Source: Yuukianura sp. NJ FZ-2021 (lineage: Eukaryota). Taken from it: 64,000 bases of DNA. The stretch is taken from NCBI GenBank assembly GCA_046563655.1, contig CM102284.1:8804001-8868000 (forward strand), in the 5' to 3' direction. Position numbers and translations under genes: made by a program. The notes beneath the pieces are model-generated. The model searched no databases. It was not told the DNA's origin and was given only the letters and a program-made list of their open reading frames with translations. Each line of letters begins with the position of its first letter. Position 1 is the first letter of the stretch. Shown piece after piece: positions 10,792-21,579 of this stretch.

Positions 10792-11628
10792 TTTAAAGAT
10801 AGTTTTGACCTTTGCCCTTTTTGCTTTGACAAGAAAACTTTTAGCCCACACAGTATTTTTAGCAGTAATTTTTAAAAATTCTCACCAAAGTACAAACGAA
10901 ATTCAAAATTTTTGATTTCGGCTTTATCACCAAGGTGAGGAAGTTTTGTGAAAGGAAAAAAATCAGTAATTGCTAAAATTTCAAAAAAATCGAAATCGAA
11001 TTTTAGGAAAATCGCCTTTTTTCCTGAAATTCGATTTCAGTTCAACCAGTAGTAAGTTGAAACGATTAATTTAATTGAAAAACTTAAAAAAATCACATAA
11101 ATCAACCAGTATAATTTGAAAAGACTAGAGTTAATGCCCCAAAATAAATACCATAACAAAAAATAAACAAAATTAGGTTCTTAGCAATTTAGTATTTAAG
11201 ATCATCCTATGAGACCATAATGATTGATACTCCTAATTAATTAATTAACCAAAAGTTAATTAACTTAGGGCTAGTGAGAAAGGAGTTTGAGGCATTTTAG
11301 TTAATTTTAGTAATTAAAATTCACTTTTGAGGGAATTAATTTGTAGTCAACTATGACTAGAACTTATACCTTCTGGCTTAGACTTTTTTCAAAAAAGTTT
11401 TTTGCACCTATTATTTTAACTCATAGAGATCAAAGAGAGATTAAAGTGCTGCTTCAGCATTTGGGAAGCATCGCTAAAACGAAAAGTTGAACAAAAAGGT
11501 TCCTAATTTGATTAGCTTTTAATTTTGGAAAGTTGAGTTGGGTAATTTGGAAAAGGCAGAGCTGCTATTTAGTTAAGTTAGCATTAGATTCTGTCTCAGT
11601 TTTTAAAATTCAGCTAAGATTTTAGTTC

Positions 11629-13041
11629 CTAGCCGTCAACGGGAGGTCCAAGGTAAATCATGGACACTTCAGTGTTACCGTAAACAGCTGAAATGGCCGG
11701 GTAGAGTCGCTCTGTCGCCGGTAATCCACGAAATGCTACTCCGTAGAATTCGTTATCCCTTTCAAAAGAGAGCGTGTGGTCTTCACAGTCCAAAATCACT
11801 CGAATCCTGTCTCCAACCTGGGAAAAATCACAAAATTAAACTTCAAAACTTCGGGAAAACGGATTTTGAAAATCCAAAAATTTGAAAATTCAAAATTTTG
11901 AAATAGTCTAGAAACGTTCCGTACCTGGTACCGCGGTGCATTGTTTATCAAGGGATAATTTCCTTGTACTCCGTGGTGTAGAAGAACGTTTTCCACGAGA
12001 TTCCAACCCCAGGATTGGTCATCTTGACCCAGCAATGGAACGTATCCTAAACGTTTTATAAATCATTATTGTTAGTTAATTGAAATTGTTAATTACATTG
12101 TGATTTATGATTAATTTACTAATTTATAGCTACCTTGAGCTCTCATTTCAGCTCTAGCAGTGGCTACTCCAATAACAGCTACAGTTCCCAAAGGCCCCTC
12201 CCAAACAACTTCCCATGAATGTCGCCCTTGATGGAATCCTGAAATTCAAATATTTTCATAAAATTTTAGCAAATGAAAGAATGTGAATTTCAAAATTTCG
12301 AATTTGGAGCTGCTTCTGAACGTTACCGATTTTTCCGCGGACACCGTCTGTACTCTGAGCCACCGGATTGCGGTGAATAGTAAATCCGTTAGTTCTGACA
12401 TAGATGTTACGTGAGCAATCACTTGGATTCCAGGCATGGTAAAAGGCTCTCAGTTTGGATTTGTAGCTTTGCAACTCCGTGAGAAGACGGAAGTTGTGGG
12501 CATCATGTGGAAGTAGAGACTGAAAATGATATCTCCAAACGTCATTGTTCTCGTCATTTACTATTCGGCCCCATTCGGAACAGACGAGACTTGCGGACAC
12601 TAAGTCTTGCAGAGGGAGAAACGTAAAGACAAATTCCATAACGTTTTCGGGCAAATCCATGATGTGGGTAGTTTCTCCAACGGGTTCTTCCGTTTCTTCA
12701 GCAGGAGAAAACGAAGAATACTCGAAATCTGGACTTTCTTCTTCCGTTTCGGACTCTTCACTTGTAGAATATGAAACGACACGGGAATGCCTGTTCCCAT
12801 TGGTATGCGGAGGAATGAGAGGAAGTTGATGGTGGGTGTGACTATGGTGACGCTGTCGATTGCTATTCGTTGTGGCTACACTGCTGTTGCCAGTAGCATT
12901 GGCTGCTGCTGCTGACGACGTGCCAACTTTTGATGAAAAGGAGACTGATTTAGGAGACTTGTGAGCTCTGTCTTCTCCAACGATTACGTGATGTACTTTG
13001 TCCTTGTCATCTTGAGATTTCCGATTACCGGAACCGGACAT
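11629..13041 (-). CDS. Fsn: F-box/SPRY domain protein 1 (Fsn / FBXO45 orthologue); exons 13041-12327, 12238-12134, 12046-11925, 11817-11629
   Basis: F-box [23 protein letters not shown] hallmarks [79 protein letters not shown]. Start codon inferred. Confidence 0.93.
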
Positions 13042-13578
13042 GACTACGAGTGCTGGTGTCAAAATTTAGCTCTGGGTTGACGGTACTTGCACTATCTGCG
13101 TGTTCGTCCCCTATTAAAAATTTGAATAAAGTTAACAAACATGTACATTTACCGATCCAAAACAGGCATACTGATGATAATAAATAAACTCACCAATTCA
13201 TTTGTCGTCATAATCCATCAGCAGTGATTGACGACAACGAAGACCCAAAGTTGAGTTGGACTGCTACTCTTCGTGGTATCGATTTTGGAACGTCCACATC
13301 ACTTGTCCTTGTCCAACTCAACTTAACATGTTGAAAATCATACCAATCAATTAACCCAACGTTTAAAATTTAGAATTTGGTATAAATTAATCAAACAGAT
13401 TAGAAAACTACTGAAGAGAAATCGTAAATGTCAAACCAAAACCATATTAAAATTGATAAATCCAAAATCCTGTTGTCATCAAATGCCAAATCACCCAACA
13501 GCTGTATTGCATTTTGCAATGGCAACTTCAATTTTGCAACGAAAACTGCCCAGAAATTATGGCTGAACAATTAAACGT

Positions 13579-13949
13579 CCAGTGGCGTAATCGCCACTTT
13601 CACTGGATATCCACTGGAAGAAATTCACCCGAAATAAATAAAATGTTAGGTGGATGGAAAAAACTAATAATTTAGCGCAAAATTTAAAAAAAAAATTCAA
13701 AATTTAAATTACAAAACAATGTTAAAAAAAAGTTGCTTTCATTGTTAAAATTACGTAATTATTTATTTAAAACTCCTACAAAAAAGGTGTTTCCTTTGTT
13801 TTTGTATGGTATTTTGAATTTTTAAGGTTTTTATATTTAATTAATTTAAACCCCGCCGACAAAACTGCGCTTTTGGATTCATCTATTTCTTCCACTGGGT
13901 ATCCAGCCGTGGACGAAATGTCGTAAAAGTGGATATCCAGCATCACTGG
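13579..13949. mobile_element. MITE-like inverted-repeat element between the divergent Fsn and Dp genes; a related partial copy lies at ~40503-40685
   Basis: CTGGATATCCACT (13603) is the reverse complement of AGTGGATATCCAG (13928-13940). The reverse complement of 13760-13930 aligns by eye with 40503-40685. No TSD found, so ends are approximate. Confidence 0.55.
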
Positions 13950-14753
13950 CAGCAACGCTCTTCGATTTGTAGTTTTGTAGCACCCCGGGTTGGCATTTTG
14001 AAGTTTTGCAACTACAATTGCAATGGCAGTTGTGTTGTATTGCCACTTTTGTGTCCAAAATCAATATTATTGATTTTTGAAGTGGAGTTTCGCGGTCTTC
14101 GAATTTTTCGTATCACTTTGCCCCAGTTGGAGACAATGTTGGATTACCCTGATTTTTTTTTCTTGTTAGCAACTTTCCCCCTCCTCCTTCCCGCCTTCTT
14201 GTGCCACCCACTTTCTCCCAAAACAAACTCCCGCCAAAAGAGTTGAGGAACCCTTAGCATCTCCGGTCCACTTCTGTGCCCTTTGACCTCTCTCCAGCCC
14301 CCCGTGACCTCTCCAGGTCAACTGCTCCTCATTTGCACTGACACCGCGACCTTTCTGACCAAAATTAACTAACTTTAATTTTGGTTAGGTTAACAAGTTA
14401 GGGTGTTGTGGTCCCCCTTCTCCCTCATTCGTCCCCCCAGTCATCGCGCAAACAGCTCCTTTCCCTCTCATTCTTCTTTGAAGAGGTGCCGCCTGGCATA
14501 GTCTTTTTGCTGGGGTTCTGTAGGACACGATACACATTTTACATTTCACACACAACTTCCTCCGTGTCCCACAGAGCCACCAGGAACATCACGACTACAA
14601 ACAGCCTTCCCACCTTCCACAGAAATCCACTCCTAATTACGTACTCAATTAAGTTCCAGATCAGACTACAGCACAGGAACGGCACCTCTGGAACGTCCAT
14701 TCCTCGATTCCATAACGTTCTTAAGGCACTGGGTCAAGTAGACGGAGGACACA

Positions 14754-17700
14754 ATGGCCACTGCTACAACACCTCAGACTCAGCCAATTACGAGGAACCT
14801 ACTCATCAAAGATGCCAGTGGTGAGACTCAATTAAATTTTTGTGGTGCATGGGAAATGGACATGATCGGGAAGTATCCAGGTCAAATGATCATGATGTGA
14901 AATTGTAAGATAAGGGCATGAACATGAGGCATGAGGGCGGCTAAAACGTCACCCTGCTATCGGCATGACGTAAGGAAAAGGTTGGTAGGTGTAGTTGCAA
15001 ATTTGGCCGCTTATGTGTTAAGACAAAAATCGGTTAAGCTAGCTAATGCATAAGTGAAAATATAGGTACAGATGTAGCCTATGATTTATGGAGGTCAAAT
15101 GCCGTGGTCATAGTTCGGCACTTATGCGATCCCGGCACAGCGATCCCGCGATCCCCGATCTCCGATCCCACTCTTGGGAACGGGGAGCGCCGCTCCCCGA
15201 TCTTTTGAAAAAGATCGGGGATCGGATGCAAGGGAGCGCAAGGTATTTTGCGATCTTCTTGCGATCCCGATCCCCGCTCCTAATGTTAACAGCATGGGGA
15301 TCGGGGATCGGAAGCAGCGATCCTTCTCCCCCCTGCATGGATCGGGTCAGATCGCGGGGTATGCTCAAAGATCGGGGATCGCAGCGGGTAAGATCGCGGG
15401 GTAAGGCCAGAAGATCGGGGATCGCGTGTTTGGGAGCGCAGCAGAAGTGCCGAACTCTGGCCGTGGTTTTCTTTGTAAGTTTCGACATATGGTTTGAGGT
15501 ATCGCCGGCTACATTAGTCGAGCAGTTATGTTTTTATATTTTAGAATTTACTTTACAGTGAATTGATTTACGGTAGAAAATTGTTATTTTTCAGTGTACT
15601 TGTCTCCAGCTCCAGAATCATAAGCAGGATCGGCTCTGCGTTACCGGCACGAGTCGACTCGGACGTTGCCGAATCCGAATTTTCAGTGCTCGGTTTACTT
15701 GCCGTTTCCTCTAGTTTGTACTTTTCTTCGGGTTTTAAAGTTTTTTAAACATAAGTTTTAGCACACAATCAAGCCGTAACCATCGCAGACACTGGACATG
15801 TCTTGTCTGTCTGGCTGAAGTCGTCAACCGGCACCATCAGTTGACACTTTCCGAAGACTAGCGGCTTTAGATGCATTGAGTTAAACTAAATCGATAGCTT
15901 TTAGCTTAAGATTTGATTTTCTTAAACAATTAGCTCATAAGCTGAACGATTAATTGCAGGTAACACACAGCTGATTGAAGTTGTACAAACGGGACCTGGA
16001 AAGTTTGTGACGACCAGTGGACATTCCATCAACACTACGCCTGCAGCCACTCCTGGGAAAACTGCTCTCATCCGAACAGTACAAGCCACTGGAAATGCTG
16101 TTCCAGCTCCAACTAAAGCCGTTTCAGTGACCAGGGTGTGTTTTGATTCCTTATCAGCGACAACAAGTTGCGCTTAAGCGATAACTTTGTGGTCGTTCAT
16201 GTTTTTAGACGCCTTTGGGACAACAAATTTTAATAACCACATCGGCCACTGGAGCTACGACTGTTGGCCAAGTTCAACCTGGTCCTCAGATTATTAGAGC
16301 CATGACTCCCACTGGAACCATACTCAAGACCACTCCAGCGAGACAAATCATGGCAATTCCAATTCAACCAAACCCCGGCACTCCAACGACCATTCTAAAA
16401 ACAACTAACATCAAAAGCGAATTTGGTGGACCACCCACTCAGGCCACAATTATTCAACGAGCAGCTCCGGGAACTGTCGTTGGATCTCCCGTTGTCATCA
16501 ATTCAGTAAGATTTCTAAGTTTTCAGTTTTGAAATTCCAATTTTCACTGAAAAGTTTTCAGTTTCGATTATTTTTTTGATACTTTTTAGCAACAAATCAT
16601 TCAAGCAGGAAACCAAAGGCTCCTTCTGACACAGACACCGAATGGTGCTCAGTTGACTCCACTCACTTCAGCATCAATTGCCCAGTTAGGACAAAACCAA
16701 CTTGCCCAGTTCATAACAACTCCCGGTGGCGGACAAACTCCGACTTCCACCCTGTCTGTGTCCGGAATTGGACCGACTCTGAACATTTCCAAACAAAGTT
16801 TTATTTCACCCATTTTGGATCATACGGGAGCACGGAAGAGAGTGGACTTTCCATCTGATGTGTCCTATGAAAGTAAACGCAGGAAGGCAGAGAAGGGGGG
16901 CAAGGGGTTGAGACATTTTAGTATGAAAGTGTGTGAAAAAGTTAGGACAAAGGTAAGTCAAGTGGTTTCATGCAATATGGTCAAAAACAATTTGGTCAAA
17001 AAGTGAAAAGATCAAACATAAGAAAACTTAACCTATCTACAACGAAAACATAACTTACTTTTTGTAACGGTTGACATTTTCACTTTTTGATCAAATTATT
17101 TTGACCATTTTACGTCCTACGAAGTGAAGTATCCATGTCATTTCACGAATTAGAATTGACCTTTGACCTGAACTCTTTTTTTTTTGTGTTTCCAGGGGTC
17201 AACAACTTATAATGAAGTGGCGGATGAGCTTGTGAATGAATTTGCTTCTCCGGCAATGGGGCTGAGCCAGATTGAGCAACAGTTTGACCAGAAGAACATC
17301 CGACGTCGAGTTTACGATGCTCTGAATGTTCTAATGGCTATGAACATCATTTCAAAGGAGAAGAAGGAAATCAAGTGGCTAGGGTTACCCACAAATTCTA
17401 TGCAAGAGTGCACCACTCTGGAGAAGGACAGACAGAAGCGAATTGAGCGTCTCAAGGCAAAGACACAACAGCTCCATGACCTCATCATTCAGGTCAGTCC
17501 GGATCAAGAAAAAACTTCAAAAGTCAAAGTTTTTGGAAAAACTGAAAAACTGCTTTTTGATTTCAGCAAGTTGCGTTCAAGTCGTTGGTGGAACGAAACA
17601 AAGCAAAAGAGCGGGAATTCGGTCCACCGCCGGCTCACGGTTCCATTCACCTCCCTTTTCTTATTGTGAATACCAACAAACAGACGGTCATAGATTGCTC

Positions 17701-18438
17701 CATTTCATCTGACAAGTGAGTAAAATTGGTTCCATGTAATATGTTCAAAGACAATTTGGTCAATAAGTGAAAAGGTCAAAAAGTGAGACGTCAAAAATAA
17801 GTACACCTACCCTAGTTTAATGGTGGATGTTTTTTCTTTTTGATCTTTTTGCTTTTGACCAAATTGTTTTGAACTGGTTTTTAGTGGTTTAGGAACTAAG
17901 TTTTGTGATTATTGAGTGATTAACTGTTGATTTGTTTGAATTTCCCTGTAGAATGGAGTACTTGTTCAACTTTGATGGAACCTTTGAGATTCACGATGAC
18001 ATTGAAGTGTTGAAACGCATGGGTTTGGCTCTGGGACTGGACAAGAATGAGTGCACGGATGAGGACATTGCCCAAGCGAAGCGGATTCTGCCAAAGGCCT
18101 TAGAGGATTATGTGGATCAGATTGGGAAGAGGTCAGAGGACTGGAAGGCAGACTTCGGTGACCTCGACTTTGAAGAGAACTATTTCCACAGCATGGACGG
18201 AGACATTGACACTGAGAATGTGGAGAACGTGTACGAAGTGTCTGGACATTCCTTGACGAATGACTCTGTCGATGGTCTGAACTTGGCCGTGGAGGACTTG
18301 GAGATGCAGGCAGCCATTGCTGCTCTCCATGGCCAGGAGGATGGACATGTTCTGGATGAGGATGAGGAGGATCTGGGAGTGGATGGGGAGGAGGATGACT
18401 TTGGGGAGGAGGAGGATGTGGGCGCACTGTCGGAGTAA
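14754..18438 (+). CDS. Dp: Transcription factor Dp (E2F dimerisation partner); exons 14754-14820, 15960-16135, 16209-16505, 16590-16952, 17196-17492, 17567-17715, 17952-18438
   Basis: All junctions GT-AG and in frame. [61 protein letters not shown] (DEF box), [31 protein letters not shown]; acidic tail. Confidence 0.95.
15109..15459. mobile_element. hAT-type non-autonomous element (MITE) in the first coding intron of Dp
   Basis: 15-bp TIRs CATAGTTCGGCACTT / AAGTGCCGAACTCTG (14/15 match). Perfect 8-bp TSD GCCGTGGT at 15101-15108 and 15460-15467. GC-rich interior of CGATCCC/GGGATCG motifs. Confidence 0.88.
16964..17120. mobile_element. Foldback MITE family A, copy 1 (Dp intron)
   Basis: ATGGTCAAAAACAATTTGGTCAAAAAGTGAAAA is inverted at the other end as TTTTCACTTTTTGATCAAATTATTTTGACCAT. 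Similar to 17728 and 20752. Confidence 0.7.
17728..17874. mobile_element. Foldback MITE family A, copy 2 (Dp intron)
   Basis: GGTTCCATGTAATATGTTCAAAGACAATTTGGTCAA ... TTGACCAAATTGTTTTGAAC; same arms as copy 1. Confidence 0.65.
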
Positions 18439-19487
18439 TTTTATGAATTTTTATAAACAATTGAGACAGTTGCAATTTTTTAAAGTTAAGACGAGCCTAA
18501 CCAAGAGGGTGACCTGGGTAAAGGTCAGGGCTGGGTTGGACATAATGTTTATGAAAATAATTTTTAGATCCAAGGATTTTGACGATGTGAGAGAATTAGT
18601 TTGAACAGATACAACTTATTACTGTGTAATGGATGGTTTAATTATAATTTAACATCACAGATTTAATTCACATTTGACCTTCCTCTCAAAGATCACCAAA
18701 AAATTAAGAAAATTAAAAAAAAGAAAGAAGAGTTAGAAATAAATTGATTTTATTTATAAAAGGTTCACATTAGTTTTGATCACGTTTAATCCAAATTATT
18801 TGAGTAAATAACTTTATCCCTTCCATATTATTATTATAGACAAGAGTGATTAATAAACACGAGCCTCTCAATTCAACATTTTTTTTAAATATATTGTTAA
18901 TTATTCATTTATTTTAACTAAATTTTTGAAATTATTTAAATCAAAACAAATTTTTAAAAATTTGATTCCAATTTGATTTCTTATTGTTCTAAGAATTTCT
19001 CGAGCGCAATCCGCAGATTTGGGGAAAATGGAACATGAAACTAGCGGGAAATTTGGCGGGAAGCAGAGTAAAGTTTCCGATTTGAATCCGATGTAAACAA
19101 GAACAGCTGACGTTTGCAACCAATCAGCTGTTTCGATTTGCTTTACTGTGAATAATGACGGGGCGGGGATGTTATGAAGAATTTAGTTAGGTTTAGTTGA
19201 AGAAGTTAATTAAATTAACCTTTAACGTAAAACGTTAAGTCATCAAACGTCACTTGACTTAAGGGTCATAGGTCACTATTGTTGAAACATCAGTGAAATC
19301 GTATTTATTAGTAAGTAGGTGAGAATTACTCTTCTAATTATTAGATAACATTGTTACATTAGTTTACTCGTAATCCGTTACGGTTTTGCAACCGTAAACA
19401 AGATAAGATATTTTTAATCACTTCATACTTAAACTGGCGCATGCAATACTGTCACTTACTAAGTTGGCGTTTATAGTTCCGAACAGG

Positions 19488-20730
19488 ATGGATCGCGAGA
19501 GAAGACAAAAGTTGTTGCAAGATGGATTCACGTCTGTCAAAGAAATACTGAGCTACCTTCTGATTCCAGTTGCTGTTTGTCTACTTTTCCTTCAAGAATT
19601 GGCAGCCTTTGTTCGTGAGAAGATTGGACTTAAGAAACGTTCACTTGAAGGAAAGGTACTATTAAACTTTTCAGTTTTTTTGGTAATCCTGTTTGATTTG
19701 ATTTGAAAAGTGATCTGATTTTAACTTTACAGGTTGTGCTTATCACCGGAGCAAGTACTGGAATTGGAGAAAGCTTGGCCAAGTCGTTTTATTTGGCCGG
19801 ATGTCACTTGATCCTGGTCTCTCGGAGGACAGCACAATTAGAGCGTGTTAAACGCGACCTTGTTCGACTCAAGACTGTAAGCTTACTGCTGAAAAACCAA
19901 CGATTACTTAAACATAAATCGTTTGTTTGTATTTTTAGGAGGGTCGTGTCCATGTTCCAGCCGTGTTGCAAATGGATGTGAGTGATTTGGAAGCACTTCC
20001 AGATAAATGCAAAGAGGCGATAGCAATTCATGGGAGGATTGACATCCTAATTAACAATGCTGGCTTGGGAATCAGAGGAAGTGTTCAGGATACAGCAATG
20101 GATGTTCATCAACAACTCATGGCAGTCAATTACTTCGGACCATTGGCCATCACAAAAGGTAGCTACTGATTCTAAAACACAAGTTCTAACGCTTGTTCTA
20201 GAATTGTACTAAAAATTGAAAATTTTGTTCTTCAGAATTACTTCCCCAAATGATATCAATGAAGTCCGGAAATATTGTGTACGTCGGGAGTGTCCAAGGG
20301 CTGATTGCTATTCCACATCGGTAAGTTTTACAATGTTTTGACGCAATTAACTTCCGAAACTGTTTGTTTACTTAACTTTTTGGTTTCCAGTGCTGCTTAC
20401 TCCGCCTCAAAACACGCTCTCCAGGCCCTTGCTGATTCCCTTCGTGCAGAGCTAACAACCACTGGCGTCCAAGTGACCATGATTTCTCCAGGGTACGTTC
20501 GGACAGAATTCAGTGTCAATGCCAAGACTGGCAGTGGAGAACATCATGGAAAGTCAGATCCACAAAGCGAGAAGGGGTTCAGCCCTGACTTAATTGCGGA
20601 AAGAACGCTGAAAGCAGTCGTTACTGGAGAAAAGGACGTCGTCATTGCTCAATTCATTCCAAACTGCGTAATATTCATAAGACACATGCTGCCCAACTTG
20701 TACTTTTACCTCATGGGACGAAGAGGCTAA
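19488..20730 (+). CDS. DHRS7B: Short-chain dehydrogenase/reductase 7B-like; exons ~19488-19655, 19733-19876, 19939-20158, 20236-20320, 20391-20730
   Basis: N-terminal TM anchor, VVLITGASTGIGESLA (Rossmann), IDILINNAG, VNYFG, GSVQGLIAIPHR, catalytic YSASK, SPGYVRT. Confidence 0.88.
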
Positions 20731-20751
20731 AGTCACTTCAACTCTGAGTCC

Positions 20752-20896
20752 AGTTCTATGTAAAATGGTCGACAACAATTAGGTCAACAACTGAGAAGAT
20801 CAAGCATAAGAAAACCCCAAAACCTCAATAACCTACTATTTACCACACTTTACATTTTCACTTTTTGACCAAATTGTTTTTGACCATTTCACCTAT
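20752..20896. mobile_element. Foldback MITE family A, copy 3, about 20 bp after the DHRS7B stop codon
   Basis: Shares arms (..ATGGTC..ACAATT.GGTCAA / TTTTCACTTTTTGACCAAATTGTTTTTGACCAT) and the internal GATCAA.CATAAGAAAAC with copy 1. Confidence 0.7.
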
Positions 20897-21579
20897 ATAT
20901 AATATAACCTAACTATGTGCAGGTAAGCTCAACTCCCGATAGAACATTTAGTTTTTATTGTTTAACCATTGTCTAAATATATCGAATTGACCTTGAATTT
21001 AAACTTTTAGTAAATAACCAATGTAATTAACACAAATAACGTTTTCGCATGCATTCTTCTAATCATTCGCTTCGAAATGGCAAAAAAGAACATTCATTCT
21101 AATACACCTTGGATTTGTAAACCAAAAAAACAGAAAGACAGAGAAAAACTGCTCATGTACTCCTCACTTTACAGTTTCTTCACACCTTGACAGCCAATCA
21201 ACTAATTACTATCAATTAATTAACTCAAGGCACCAGGATTTAACCACTGGACTAAATACATGTTTCTTACACCAGGATTTAACCACTGTACTACATGTTT
21301 CTTAACTCTCATAGAATTACCAGGGTCAACCAAAAGGAAAAGTGGGAAACAGAAAGTAGACAGAAAAGTATAACTTTTTAGGGAGGCAACGGAACAAATT
21401 AAAGTATAAATCTGAATTTACGAGGCGACAATTAACAATTTGTCTCCTCCAGCACTAAAGATTAAGTAAATTATAGAATCTTAGAAATATGTTTAGTAAA
21501 ACACATGCTGCAGCTTGGCTGTCACACACTTTGCGCTCTTGTCGTCACTCAACCGTACAAATGTCACCGAAGACAGTTT

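Noticed and set aside
15088-15561. Overlapping ORFs of 157, 126 and 76 aa
   Set aside because: By-products of the GC-rich MITE interior; no transposase motifs.
17966-18475. Pro/His-rich antisense ORF (and similar antisense ORFs at 1469, 22382, 26846, 28843)
   Set aside because: Shadow ORFs opposite real low-complexity coding exons.
21230-21303. Short direct duplication CACCAGGATTTAACCACTG..TACATGTTTCTTA
   Set aside because: Two-copy local slippage in the 3' region of Lamp1; no further structure seen.
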